Shown: piece by piece, positions 49,910 to 60,349 of the stretch
Position numbering within the stretch: the first letter of the stretch is position 1
Layout: the number at the start of each line of letters is the position of its first letter
NCBI GenBank assembly: GCA_963674945.2
Contig: CAXXWQ010000004.1
Location: 2,624,001-2,688,000, forward strand
Direction: 5' to 3'
Source: an uncultured Desulfosarcina sp.
GTDB taxonomy: Bacteria > Desulfobacterota > Desulfobacteria > Desulfobacterales > Desulfosarcinaceae
DNA: 64,000 nucleotides
Notes under the pieces: model-generated
Seen by the model: the letters and a program-made list of their open reading frames with translations, nothing else
Database searches by the model: none
What the model was told of the DNA's origin: nothing
Position numbers and translations under genes: made by a program

Positions 49910-50657
49910 CCAAACCGCCCGCCGGCGGATCATGTTCCGCCTCAAGGCCGCCGGTTCCCATGGAATCGAAGTGCCGGACGCCCCGCAGTCGCCAACACCC
50001 CACCTGGAAAGGGAAGAGAGAATACAGCTGCTCTCCGAGCTGATGACGGCCATGCGGACCGAAGTCCACATGGTGACCGCCGACACCTGGATCGACAGAC
50101 TCAAGGCGCTGGCACGGGAAAAGGGTTGGAAAAACATGCTGTATGGCCCTAAAACGCCCATTGGATCGGTTTTGGAGAACGCATGGACATCCGATGATGA
50201 TCATGGGCTGCCCCAACTGGTGCCCTATGCCGAACCGGTGGAAACGTTCAAGGAAGAGCTGTTTCAGATCGATGCCGGCATCACCATTGCCCGTGGCGCC
50301 GTGGCCGACACCGGTGCCATCGTGCTGTGGCCGACCCGGGATGAACCGCGGCTCATCTCACTGGTGCCGGCCGTACATATCGCGGTTCTCGATGCGGACA
50401 AGATCTACAATTCGCTGACGGAAATGATGGCGGTCGAGAGATGGTCGGACGGCATGCCGACAAACGTTCTGTTGGTTTCGGGTCCTTCCAAGACGGCCGA
50501 TATCGAGTTTACGCTGGTGTTCGGCGTTCATGGGCCGAAGGAGCTGGTGGTACTGATAAGGAAAGAATCGGCAGGGTCCGCTTTCACGGATTCAGCCTTT
50601 TTTCTCCAACTGCCGGCCGAGCAGGAAGGCATCGACGGCACTGATGATCCAGGTTAA
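49902..50657 (+). CDS. lutC: Lactate utilization protein C (LUD domain)
   Basis: SLVPAVHI, SGPSKTADIE..GVHGP. Confidence 0.9.
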   Translation: MNSQTARRRIMFRLKAAGSHGIEVPDAPQSPTPHLEREERIQLLSELMTAMRTEVHMVTADTWIDRLKALAREKGWKNMLYGPKTPIGSVLENAWTSDDDHGLPQLVPYAEPVETFKEELFQIDAGITIARGAVADTGAIVLWPTRDEPRLISLVPAVHIAVLDADKIYNSLTEMMAVERWSDGMPTNVLLVSGPSKTADIEFTLVFGVHGPKELVVLIRKESAGSAFTDSAFFLQLPAEQEGIDGTDDPG

Positions 50658-50939
50658 AACGATGACCAGCAGGGCGATCGCATATCCACCGGTGTCCACC
50701 TGCGCCATGGCCTGGTTGGCCTCGGCGACCATATGGTTGAAATCGGCCATATTCGTGGCGGGCCCCATTTGGGCGACGATATCCATGGCGGTCTGTGTGG
50801 CCCGCACCATGACGACGATCAACCCACCCATGACGGCAAGCATGTAGACTGTGCCGCGAATGTACCGTTTGAGGACGATTTGGCCCAGACCGGGCAGCAC
50901 GAGTCCTGAATAGAGAAGACCTTTGATGGATTTGCGCAT
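50592..50939 (-). CDS. Hypothetical membrane protein
   Basis: SGLVLPGLGQI..WIISAVDAF pattern; TM segments. Confidence 0.7.
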   Translation of the reverse strand: MRKSIKGLLYSGLVLPGLGQIVLKRYIRGTVYMLAVMGGLIVVMVRATQTAMDIVAQMGPATNMADFNHMVAEANQAMAQVDTGGYAIALLVIVLTWIISAVDAFLLGRQLEKKG

Positions 50940-51157
50940 GATACTTCTCTTCATTTGTTAATCCGCCACATTGGATAATTCCCCCGATACGGATGGATCG
51001 AAAATGTCCGGGAAATAGAAACGAAGGCGGTGGGATGTAACGGGGGGATCGAAAGAGAGGCCTGGGGCGTTAGCAACCACAGACACCAGAATGCCCGGTT
51101 CCATGTCCGGTTTATCTCCTTGTAATTAAATATAAATATATAATTTTGTCCTGTTTC

Positions 51158-51457
51158 TTACAATCGCAGGTAGAAAAATTCGAATTCACCATCATTGATG
51201 TCGATCTTGAGGTTATACCCCCTGGATTCGGCAAAAACGATCCAGGGAGGGCGGTCGCCTTTGCCGCAATCGTGTCTGGGCCAGTACTCCCCCGTTTTTC
51301 CGCTGTTGTACGAGAGCATCATGGCGTTCTTGTCCATCTCCCGGGCCTTCTCCTTAGCCATTGCACTGGCCGACGGCAGGTCGAGGTTAGGGTCTTTCAC
51401 AGTGATGGTAACGGTTTCCAGGGTATATTCATCGCTTGCCGTTTTGATTTGTGCCAT
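51158..51457 (-). CDS. AF1514 (DUF5619)-like protein
   Basis: MMLSY..P..C..PPWIVFAESRG.NLKIDINDG pattern; AAGGAGG RBS. Confidence 0.7.
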   Translation of the reverse strand: MAQIKTASDEYTLETVTITVKDPNLDLPSASAMAKEKAREMDKNAMMLSYNSGKTGEYWPRHDCGKGDRPPWIVFAESRGYNLKIDINDGEFEFFYLRL

Positions 51458-51570
51458 CTCGGCCTCCTTTTCCAATGGGGAATCATTTTCCAAACAAGAT
51501 AAGGCCTTATGGGGATCTGTCCAATAATGACAAAAAAAGTCTTTAAAAAAGTGTTTCCCTTTTCAGAGAA

Positions 51571-52245
51571 TCAAGTGGTCTCCATGGACCGGATGTCCCT
51601 GTTTTCCAAGACAGGGGCAACATGCGCACCGGTTCCGTAAAGGCCGGCATGAACCATGGCAGCTGCCAATTTTTCTGAAGTGATGCCGAGGTTCGGATAT
51701 ATGTGGCGAACAAAGGGGTAGAGTAGGCGGGGGATCGCATACATGAGATTGGGCTCCTTACGTGGCGTGACCGGGTAGATGTATCCGGGCCGGAAAATGT
51801 GCACGCGGGTAAAGCCCGTTTCCAGCAGGCCGTTTTCGGCCATCCCCTTGTAACGGCCGAAGGCCATCCGGCTCTTTCCGGTTCGGTCGGCACCCTGTCC
51901 GCTGAGATAACAAAAGGCGGCCTGCGAGCTCTTCTCCATGAGGGCCGATGCAAATGCCAGGGTGTAGTCGACCGTGATCTTTCGGAATTCATCATCGGGA
52001 ACCGCACCGGTGTAAACGCCTAAGCAGTACAGTGCCGCATCATTATCCTGGAACGCGTCGGCAACCGCTGAATAATCCATGAAATTGTCGTGAAGAACAT
52101 CGCGAAGTTTGGCGTGCTCGATGTCGACTGGACGCCTCCCGATGACCGTTACGTTGGCGACATCCGGTTTGTCCAGGCACAAACGCAAAACGCATCCGCC
52201 GACCATGCCGGTTGCACCGGTAATGATGATACGCTTTCCCTTCAT
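51571..52245 (-). CDS. NAD(P)-binding epimerase/oxidoreductase (CC3/TIP30-like)
   Basis: ITGATGMVG, YCLG, LSGQGAD, IFRPGYI. Confidence 0.85.
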   Translation of the reverse strand: MKGKRIIITGATGMVGGCVLRLCLDKPDVANVTVIGRRPVDIEHAKLRDVLHDNFMDYSAVADAFQDNDAALYCLGVYTGAVPDDEFRKITVDYTLAFASALMEKSSQAAFCYLSGQGADRTGKSRMAFGRYKGMAENGLLETGFTRVHIFRPGYIYPVTPRKEPNLMYAIPRLLYPFVRHIYPNLGITSEKLAAAMVHAGLYGTGAHVAPVLENRDIRSMETT

Positions 52246-52303
52246 GAATGCGCAATCCTTTGAAATTATTTTTGTTCGATATAAAACGACCCCGAACGTT
52301 GCG

Positions 52304-53395
52304 TTACTGCCCCAACAGTTCCAAGAGGTAACGGGCCACCGTATCCGCCCCGTTTTCGGATTGCATTCGGCCACGGGGAATACCGAGCAGTTCCGGCACA
52401 TGTCGAATCCAGTCGCCTCTTGCGTAGGCGTCATTGGGTATGGCCAGGCTCGGCATCTCGTCTTTTAAAAAGGATTCGAGAACCGCCGATTCCGGTGATG
52501 CGGGCCGTCCGATGTAGCCGAACGGAATTCCCGCGTGATAGGCTTCGGCGATCGTACTGTAACCGGCCTTTCCCACCAGTGCGTCGGCCGCCTTCATCAG
52601 GTCGGGATGCGGGAATGTCGAATGGGTGGGAAGCGTAATCACATCTTCGTGGGAAAATTGCATAGGATCGCATCCCGGAATGACCAGGCGCCAGTCCAGT
52701 CTGGGAGGAAGCGCGGAAAAAAAATCGTAGGTATCCGGAACCCCTCCCATGGTGAGCAGCACCATCTTTTCCTCCTCGGCGATTCCCAGCCGCTTTCGAA
52801 CCTCGCTTCGGGTGGAGAAGCCGTTGCGACTGATGGGTCCGACCTGGATGGCATGTTTCGAAGGCCGGCAAAGGGGTGGGGTTTGAATGTGGTAATCCGC
52901 CTGCCGGAACACGCCGGCCAGGTAATCGACGTGGGGCCGGAATCGAGGGGCCTCGGCCGCATAGTTTTCATAAATCCAATCCCAGGTGAAATTCTCCACC
53001 AGGACGCTGGGTAACCCCGCCGTTCGGGCCACGGCAATTCCCAAAGGCGAAATATCACAGATCACCATGGTCGCTCCGAGCCTGCGTACTTTCTCGGCCA
53101 GTTCCCTCACCCGGTTCTCGTCATAGGGCAGAGCAAGGTCCAATTGGTCGCAGGTGGCCGGCAGATCCTCCTGTAAAGGGGAAAGCTGGACCACACCCAC
53201 ATCCGAGGAGACCGGATGATAACCGAAGGTCTCTTTCAGGAAAATCGTGAAAAACGGCTTGGGAACGGTGGTGAAAAGTTCGAAACGGACACGCAAAAGC
53301 TTGGACTGCAAGGCCTGCATCACGGCTGTCGCACGACTCCCATGTCCGAATCCATGGGGGGTAATAAAATAAGCAATAATACGTTGCGTTGCCAA
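52304..53395 (-). CDS. GT-B glycosyltransferase-like protein (similar to the L-arabinokinase N-terminal domain)
   Basis: YFITPHGFGHGSR, ENFTWDWIY, KAGYSTIAE; GGAGG RBS before TTG. Confidence 0.8.
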   Translation of the reverse strand: MATQRIIAYFITPHGFGHGSRATAVMQALQSKLLRVRFELFTTVPKPFFTIFLKETFGYHPVSSDVGVVQLSPLQEDLPATCDQLDLALPYDENRVRELAEKVRRLGATMVICDISPLGIAVARTAGLPSVLVENFTWDWIYENYAAEAPRFRPHVDYLAGVFRQADYHIQTPPLCRPSKHAIQVGPISRNGFSTRSEVRKRLGIAEEEKMVLLTMGGVPDTYDFFSALPPRLDWRLVIPGCDPMQFSHEDVITLPTHSTFPHPDLMKAADALVGKAGYSTIAEAYHAGIPFGYIGRPASPESAVLESFLKDEMPSLAIPNDAYARGDWIRHVPELLGIPRGRMQSENGADTVARYLLELLGQ

Positions 53396-53698
53396 CGGGT
53401 GCGAGCCTCCTGTTATCATGAGAACGCTGGTTCCGGCGGACCGTGCTTTCGACGCCCCGAAAAAAGATGTACGACGATCACGGGAATAGGACCATGTTTT
53501 CTTTACACCGAATAAAGACATTAAATCGTCAACGCACACAAGTAAAATTATAATTTTCAATGGAAACCGACCTTCCCATTGACATTACCGATTTGATTTT
53601 GGTTTTGTGCAGGATTACCATCCGAAAAAATTGTGCCCGTGCAGAAACAGGAATACTTCCCATTTCCGGACGGGTGCAAGCTAGCGATTGGAGGTCAG

Positions 53699-53944
53699 GT
53701 GTCCACAAACGGGGAATCTTGCCTTTCGGCCCAAATGACGGTATTGGAGATTCTCAGCCAATACCGATCCACCGAAGCGGTGTTTCGTTCATGGGACGAA
53801 CGGGCGGGCGCTTGCATCTGCTGCAATGCCCTTTTCGATACCGTGGAGCAAGTCGCGGACCGGTACCAACTGGACCTGGACCGGCTGATGGCAGAGCTCA
53901 TACTCGCGGTCATTCCCCCGCAGGACACTGCCAACCCTCGATAG
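53699..53944 (+). CDS. Small hypothetical protein (DUF1858-like) upstream of selD
   Basis: GGAGG RBS, GTG start; MTVLEILSQY..TEAVF..CICC..LFDTV. Confidence 0.7.
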   Translation: MSTNGESCLSAQMTVLEILSQYRSTEAVFRSWDERAGACICCNALFDTVEQVADRYQLDLDRLMAELILAVIPPQDTANPR

Positions 53945-53954
53945 GAGACAAAAC

Positions 53955-55016
53955 ATGGTCGAAAAACCCAATAACGAAAGCGGCCCGCGCCTCACGGAAA
54001 CGGTAAAAGGGGCGGGTTGAGCCTCAAAGCTGCCTCCAGGGGACCTGGATAAGGCATTGTGCGGGCTCGATTTTCCTTCGGATGACAACGTGTTGGTCGG
54101 CCTTTCCCGTGCCGATGACGCCGGCATATACCGGATTTCCGATGAACTGGCACTGATCCAGACGGTGGATTTCTTCACGCCTGTGGTGGATGATCCCTAC
54201 TGGTTCGGTCAGATCGCCGCGGCCAACGCCTTGAGTGACGTCTACGCCATGGGCGGTGTTCCCAAAACCGCCATGAACCTGGTGGGCTTTCCCCTGAGAA
54301 CAATGGACCTTTCCGTGTTACGGCAGGTGATCCAGGGGGGAATCGATAAGGTCAGAGAGGCGGGAGCAGTGCTTTTGGGCGGGCACAGCGTGGAAGACGA
54401 TGAACTCAAGTATGGCCTGTCCGTCACCGGTTTCGTTCATCCCGATCGGATCCTCACCAAACAGGGGATCAGAGCCGGCGACAAACTGGTACTGACAAAG
54501 CCCCTGGGCACGGGAATCGTCAACACCGCAATAAAAGGAAATCTGGCATCGGGAGAAATCGCCCGCAAGGTGACCGACATCATGGCAGCACTGAATCGCT
54601 CTGCTGCCGACGTCATGACACATTATCCGGTTCACGCCTGCACGGATATCACAGGTTTCGGACTCATCGGCCATCTGGCCGAAATGATCGACGGCACCGG
54701 GTTAGGCATGAAGATCTTCGTGGAAACGTTGCCCGTTATCGACGTGGCGTTAGGTTTTGCGGCCATGGGCCTGGTACCCGGCGGCGCCCACAATAACCGG
54801 AGTTTCCGCTCCCTCATGGTAGATATGGACGAGGGTGTGGACAAAGCCATGGAGGATGTCATGTATGATCCGCAGACCTCCGGTGGTCTTTGCATCGCCG
54901 TACCATCCGTCTCTGCGGATGCCATGGTGGACCACTTGAAGGACGATGGGGTCGAACACGCCACCATCATCGGAGAGGTCGTGGATTATCCGGCGGGCAT
55001 CATTCAGGTCCGATGA
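53955..55016 (+). CDS. selD: Selenide, water dikinase; selenoprotein with Sec at codon 22 (TGA 54018-54020)
   Basis: AGGAG RBS, ATG 53955; RLTETVKGAG-U-ASKL; DDAG, TVDFFTP, AANALSDVYAMGG, DPQTSGGL. Confidence 0.95.
54031..54056 (+). promoter_or_regulatory. Bacterial SECIS hairpin for selD
   Basis: tgcct-ccag-ggga-c-ctgg-ata-aggca stem-loop with G-rich loop, 10 nt after the in-frame TGA. Confidence 0.75.
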
Positions 55017-55182
55017 CCGTTGCGGAGCACCCGATCTTTTGGGGTGTCGATGCTCTTCTTCACGGCGGAATCGTAAAAAGGTCCTTTTTAATTGGAATGA
55101 TGAGCGAGTTCCGTAGAAGTCTATTATCATTTGTTTTGATGAACGAGTTGCATAGAAGTTAGCAAGCGAGGATGAATCTGGT

Positions 55183-55791
55183 ATGAAACAAATCGACGCA
55201 AAAGGGCTCTCCTGCCCGGCGCCGGTCCTGGAGACAAAAGTGGCCGTGGATGAAAGCCATCCCCGGATGATCCAGGTACAGGTAGACAACGAGCCGGCCC
55301 AGCAGAATGTAGCGCGTTTTCTGCAATCCCAGGGATATCGAACCGAGGTGGACCGGCAGGGAGAAATCTTCACCATCGTGGGAACCAACGAAGGTGCGGC
55401 AGAGGATGAAGCTCGTCAGCCCGCACCCATGGATACGGACGATACCGAGCAGACGACTAAAATCGTGGTAATGGTGACCACCGACCGGCTGGGAAGCGGG
55501 GACGATGAATTGGGCGGCAAACTGATGATCAATTTCATCAAGACCCTCAAGGAGATGGGCCCGAACCTGTGGCAACTGCTCCTTCTAAACGGCGGCGTGA
55601 AGTTGGCCATCGAAGGCGCCACGACCCTGGCAGATCTTATGGACCTGGCCGAATCGGGGGTTACGATTCTGGTGTGCGGCACCTGCCTGGATCACTTCGG
55701 GTTGCTGGATCAAAAAGAAGTGGGCGAAACCACCAACATGCTGGATGTCGTCACCGCCCTGGAGGTGGCCGACAAGGTGATTTCCATTTAA
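55183..55791 (+). CDS. yedF: Sulfurtransferase-like selenium metabolism protein YedF (TusA + DsrE-like domains)
   Basis: IDAKGLSCPAPV, GDDELGGKLM, CGTCLDHF, GETTNM; next to selD. Confidence 0.9.
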   Translation: MKQIDAKGLSCPAPVLETKVAVDESHPRMIQVQVDNEPAQQNVARFLQSQGYRTEVDRQGEIFTIVGTNEGAAEDEARQPAPMDTDDTEQTTKIVVMVTTDRLGSGDDELGGKLMINFIKTLKEMGPNLWQLLLLNGGVKLAIEGATTLADLMDLAESGVTILVCGTCLDHFGLLDQKEVGETTNMLDVVTALEVADKVISI

Positions 55792-55823
55792 CGTAACTTT
55801 CGGGATTGGTGTCTTGGGATGTG

Positions 55824-57374
55824 TCACGAAGGCGTCGTGTTTGCGCCGAGAAAATCCGCGACCTGATTGGCCGCCCAAACCCCCGACGCCATGCAACTGA
55901 GCACACCGGCGCTGATAGCGCCGGCCCCGACGACAAAGAGCCCGTCGATACCGGACTTGCAATCGAGAAACCGGCAGGGACCGAATTGATCCGGCGTTTG
56001 TGCCGGACCGAAATTGCCCCCCTGGTAACTATTGACCCAATAGGCGTTGGTCAGCGGCGTGGCGAACTCCACATAGGTCAGATGATCACCAAGACCGGGG
56101 ATATAGCGCTCGGCGCTGCGGACGAGGGACATGCCGATCCGGTTCTTCAGCCGAAGATAGTCCTCGCCGCGCTTGCGACTCGAAGTGCCTGACCATTGAC
56201 CGAAAGGATGGGTTTCCCCCAGGCTGGAGATGATTTGGAGGGTGTGGCAGCCTTCAGGGGCGTGATGACTTTCGGGGTCTTTCAACGATGGTGAAGTGAT
56301 GAAGTAGTAAGGAAAAGGTTCCTCGGTCTTTCTCGTAGCGATCGCCCCAAAGGTTCGATTCACGTCGGTATAGTCAAAATGGATCAGGTTGGCATCGGTC
56401 ATGCCGATACCGGCAAGGTCTATTTGGGTGCCGACAAATGCGTAAAATGATCCCCCCGAAGGGCGCATCCTTGCCACCTTCTTCCTCGTGCCCCGCGGTA
56501 TGAGACGGGGATCGATCAACTCGCGGAAGGCAATGAGTGGATCCACGTTACTGACGACGCTCTTGGCCGTAAACACCCCCTTTTCGCCACAGGTGACCAC
56601 GAACGTTCCATGGGACCGATGAATACCGGTCACCGGCATCCGGCTTTTCAGGACGGTGCCGTATCGCTTCAGGGCCGTTACGAACGCATCCCGGAGGGCG
56701 GCGCTGCCGCCTTTCGGATAAAAAGCCCCTTCCAGATAGTGATCCAGCAGCATCATGCACAAGAAGGCCGAAGCACGTTCGGGGGGAAGTCCGCTGTTGC
56801 CGCAATGGGCGGACAATGCCGCCTGAAGATTACGGTTGTCCGTAATGTCGTCCAGCATCTTCTGATAGGTAGCGCGATGATACCGCATGAGGACTGAATG
56901 CCGGAAGATATATTGTAAGCGGGAAAACAGACTTTTGGGAGGACCCTGGGGATCGGAGAACGCCTTCAGCAAACGGTCGAGCAGTTCAAAATATCGACGG
57001 ATGGCCGTTGATTCGCCGGGGAAAAGACGGTGGAGCCGGCTTTGGAATCGTTTGGTACCTTTGCACAGCCTGAGTTCAAAGTCCGGAAACAGGTATCGAT
57101 CGAAACCGTCGGGATCGATCTCGACGAAATCGACGGATTCATCCAACGCCAGCAGCCTCAAGATCTCCCGAAAGGAACCACCGGGACCGAGTTTCCCCAG
57201 ATAGTGAAGGCCGGTATCGAAGCAAAACCCGTCTCGGACGAAGGGATTGATATACCCACCGAAAGCGGGCATGGCCTCCAACACCAAAACCGAAATATCT
57301 TGCTGGGCCATGCGCAACGCCGAACTGAGCCCTCCGGCCCCGCTGCCCACGACAATGGCATCAAAATCCGTCAA
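55824..57374 (-). CDS. Phytoene desaturase / retinol saturase family FAD oxidoreductase
   Basis: VVGSGAGGL, FDTGLHY, YPKGGS, ATPLT. Confidence 0.85.
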   Translation of the reverse strand: MTDFDAIVVGSGAGGLSSALRMAQQDISVLVLEAMPAFGGYINPFVRDGFCFDTGLHYLGKLGPGGSFREILRLLALDESVDFVEIDPDGFDRYLFPDFELRLCKGTKRFQSRLHRLFPGESTAIRRYFELLDRLLKAFSDPQGPPKSLFSRLQYIFRHSVLMRYHRATYQKMLDDITDNRNLQAALSAHCGNSGLPPERASAFLCMMLLDHYLEGAFYPKGGSAALRDAFVTALKRYGTVLKSRMPVTGIHRSHGTFVVTCGEKGVFTAKSVVSNVDPLIAFRELIDPRLIPRGTRKKVARMRPSGGSFYAFVGTQIDLAGIGMTDANLIHFDYTDVNRTFGAIATRKTEEPFPYYFITSPSLKDPESHHAPEGCHTLQIISSLGETHPFGQWSGTSSRKRGEDYLRLKNRIGMSLVRSAERYIPGLGDHLTYVEFATPLTNAYWVNSYQGGNFGPAQTPDQFGPCRFLDCKSGIDGLFVVGAGAISAGVLSCMASGVWAANQVADFLGANTTPS

Positions 57375-57422
57375 CGTCTTTTCCCTTTCAACTTGGTGCT
57401 AACGCCAATTTTTCCGGATCGA

Positions 57423-58424
57423 TCAATTGGGAGGAGCGATGGCCTTGCATCGGGATTCCATCAAGACTTGAATCACCTTTTTTTGATCCGGGGTCAGCGT
57501 ATCGAAACGAACACCGACGCCATTGGGATCTCGTCTCACGACCCGCCCGTTGATGGCCAGGGTTTTGGAAAGGATCGGGGAAGATAAAAAGATCGTCAAT
57601 TTCTGCGCAACCCTGATGGGCTGCTCGGTCTCCACGTAGGCCCCCCCCTGACTGATATCACGCAGGCAGCATTGGTAGGTCCAATCGGCGATCTCAAAAT
57701 CCACCCCCACGAGGCAGTCGAACCGGTTGTGTTTGCGCAGATCAGACCCCTGGCTGTGCTTTTCATCCACGATTCGACCGCTTTCGAGAATCAGGTTCAT
57801 CAGCGGTGTGTTGATTTCCCGTTCCATTTTAAAAGGCGCATAGTCGATGTCGATCCAAACGTTTTGCCAGGATAGAATATGCTGAATGGCGGAATCACCG
57901 GTCAAAAATCCCATTTTTGCGGCGATGGGGTTGCCATTTTGGACGAAAACCGTTCCGACTTTCCCTTTGGTGGCAACCCGTAGTGTACACGACAGTCTAT
58001 CGAATTCCAGCATCTGGAGAAACGCGGCAAGGGAGACGCCCCGAAGCTGTCCACCATAGTCGATCTGCAGTTCGGTAAAGATTCGCTTGGTCAGAAGACC
58101 GATGTCCAACGGTTGATCGAAATGGATGACCGTCGGCATCTGTTTGATCTTTGTTCGAAACATTGACGATGCGTTGTTGGTCATGACGATAATGCGGATA
58201 TCCGGATATTTTCCCACCACCAGGGAGGCCAACTCGAAGGTGTCCATTTCATTCAGATGCTGACCGGCAATGAGGACATGAATCGTTTCACTGGCAAGAA
58301 TTTCCAAGGTCACCTGGACGTTGGTTGCCGAGGAAATGTTCAGAAATCCGCCCTGGCCTCTCAACAAACCAGCGACAGTATGAAGCAGAATGGGATCACT
58401 GTCGACTACGAGTATTTTCTTCAT
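57423..58424 (-). CDS. Pseudo-receiver / DUF4388 / PilZ protein
   Basis: REC-like N-terminus; GVSLAAFLQMLE (DUF4388); RKHNR and DISQGG PilZ motifs. Confidence 0.85.
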   Translation of the reverse strand: MKKILVVDSDPILLHTVAGLLRGQGGFLNISSATNVQVTLEILASETIHVLIAGQHLNEMDTFELASLVVGKYPDIRIIVMTNNASSMFRTKIKQMPTVIHFDQPLDIGLLTKRIFTELQIDYGGQLRGVSLAAFLQMLEFDRLSCTLRVATKGKVGTVFVQNGNPIAAKMGFLTGDSAIQHILSWQNVWIDIDYAPFKMEREINTPLMNLILESGRIVDEKHSQGSDLRKHNRFDCLVGVDFEIADWTYQCCLRDISQGGAYVETEQPIRVAQKLTIFLSSPILSKTLAINGRVVRRDPNGVGVRFDTLTPDQKKVIQVLMESRCKAIAPPN

Positions 58425-58436
58425 TTTCTCACAATC

Positions 58437-59246
58437 CTACGATTTCAATATCTCAGGCAGCACTTCATAGTGATCGAAAGGCGGCATGATGCAGGCACCG
58501 GCGAATCGTTCGCGTGCCAGGGAAACCATTTTCCTGGCATTTTCGACACCCGCAGCCACCGGATCAGCGGCTTCGTGCATTCGACGTCGCAGGCTTTCCG
58601 GGACGGCGATTCCGTCGACTTTTTCGTGCAGAAAGTCCGCGTGGCGGGGGGTGCGAAGGGGAAGAATGCCCATGATCACGGGAATTCCGATATTGCCGAC
58701 GGCATCGGCGATCTCATCGGCGCCCGCATCATCGTAAACGGGTTGGGTGACGGCAAACTGGGCACCCGCATCCACTTTCCGCGCAAGATGGGCGACGGCC
58801 CGATTCAGGCCGTTGTTCTCCGGATGGGTGTCGAAGACGACGCCGGTTCTCAACTTCGCCGCACGGGCCATCTTTACCAAACCGTACACATCGGCATCCC
58901 GAACCGTCGTGGTATGATGGCGGTCTTTGTAAGCGACGAAATCACCCGTGGCCACCATTACGGTTTCGATCCCCAGGGCGCGCGCGCCCCACAACTCCCC
59001 TTGAAGGCTCAAACGATTGTGATCACGGGTGGTGACATGCAAGATAGCCTGTCTTTCCGTCCTGTGTTGGATCAGGCTGCACAAGGCCATGGCACTCATG
59101 CGCGGTTTTGCCACGGGATTGGTGGCAACACTGAAACCGAAAATCGGCAGATCGACCAGGGAAGCCAGCGCATCCAATAATATAGCAGGATCCGGCCCCT
59201 CCGGCGGAACCACCTCGATGGTTACGACAAAAGTTTCGTCAAACAT
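58437..59246 (-). CDS. metF: Methylenetetrahydrofolate reductase family protein
   Basis: EVVPP, HVTTRDHNR, ATGD, KVDAGAQFAVTQPVYD. Confidence 0.8.
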   Translation of the reverse strand: MFDETFVVTIEVVPPEGPDPAILLDALASLVDLPIFGFSVATNPVAKPRMSAMALCSLIQHRTERQAILHVTTRDHNRLSLQGELWGARALGIETVMVATGDFVAYKDRHHTTTVRDADVYGLVKMARAAKLRTGVVFDTHPENNGLNRAVAHLARKVDAGAQFAVTQPVYDDAGADEIADAVGNIGIPVIMGILPLRTPRHADFLHEKVDGIAVPESLRRRMHEAADPVAAGVENARKMVSLARERFAGACIMPPFDHYEVLPEILKS

Positions 59247-59579
59247 GTCAGATCCTCTTTCAGCGAGCCGCCTCATCGATGAAATGCGTTGCAGCGAGGT
59301 AAATTGTCATCCTGCGCGAATTATTTTTATTTCATGGAAAATTTCTCTCAAAATATCCTTTTGTTTTTTTTTGGTCAAGGATGGATCTTCCAGGTACCCT
59401 CCGCCGTAACGATATTATTCGGTTTTTTCCGGTTCTACCGGATCCACGAATGCCAAAGCACATTTATGTAAACAAAAACATATATACTTACAATTATGTG
59501 CTTTGTGCCACACCAAGAACCACCGCAGAAAATGACGATAACGAATTGATCCCTGATGGTTAGGTCGTATCTTCGAATA

Positions 59580-59594
59580 TGGCACATGTCTTGA
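59580..59594 (+). promoter_or_regulatory. Possible sigma54 promoter
   Basis: TGGCAC-ATGTC-TTGA (variant -12), ~35 bp before the 59631 ORF. Confidence 0.45.
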
Positions 59595-59630
59595 AATCAT
59601 TGTGACCAGATCAACGAAAGAGGTGTTCTG

Positions 59631-59819
59631 ATGATAGCGATAAATAACATTAATTGTAATGGAGAAATCTGGCGCAAACTTCTCAACAGTGTGGCGGGGA
59701 AATATGACTGCGGTGTCAATTTTACCATTACCGCGGGAAGATTGGGTTTCGAAGGTGACCGGGCGTGTGCCGAAGAGATCGTCAAAGAGGTCCTGACGTT
59801 GCTCAATGGCAAGGCATAA
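59631..59819 (+). CDS. Small hypothetical protein, 62 aa
   Basis: GAGGTG RBS; fills an otherwise empty gap. Confidence 0.6.
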   Translation: MIAINNINCNGEIWRKLLNSVAGKYDCGVNFTITAGRLGFEGDRACAEEIVKEVLTLLNGKA

Positions 59820-59864
59820 TCGCAAGGATGGCGCCCGTCTGCCGTTCGCCAATGAATCAGCCAA

Positions 59865-60332
59865 TCACGGGTATCGACCGGAAAGGTTGATCTCCCCTTT
59901 TTCCTGGACACGAACCACGGGGGTCAATCCGCCAAAATCCAGTTTTGCGTTCAACGAATAGGCGATGGAATCTTTTTTCTTGTTCATCAGTTCCGATAAG
60001 AGGCGGATGCTGTTGATCATGTTGGCCGTGGCAACCAGTGTCACGTCACCTTCCCCGTACCCTTCAATCACCGGCAGTTCGTTGGCGACGCCCGTCAACA
60101 GATCATGTCCTTCCAGGGATAAGGTGTAGGCGATCCCATGAAGTTTCAGGGAGGTCCGGTTGGGGTTGATGATATGCAATCCGATTTCGAACTTGGGTGT
60201 CAACCCATCCGAGGCCAATGGACGGATCTGGGTGACGTTTACGGTGGGAGTTTCAAAATCCGACTTCATCGTTGCACATCCTGCCAAAAGAAGTGCAATG
60301 AAGAGAAACGGCAATCGTTTGCACGGTTTCAT
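59865..60332 (-). CDS. LEA type 2 (WHy domain) lipoprotein
   Basis: LAGC lipobox; INPN, Y.LSLEG. Confidence 0.88.
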   Translation of the reverse strand: MKPCKRLPFLFIALLLAGCATMKSDFETPTVNVTQIRPLASDGLTPKFEIGLHIINPNRTSLKLHGIAYTLSLEGHDLLTGVANELPVIEGYGEGDVTLVATANMINSIRLLSELMNKKKDSIAYSLNAKLDFGGLTPVVRVQEKGEINLSGRYP

Positions 60333-60349
60333 AGGCTCACTCCCCTTTT

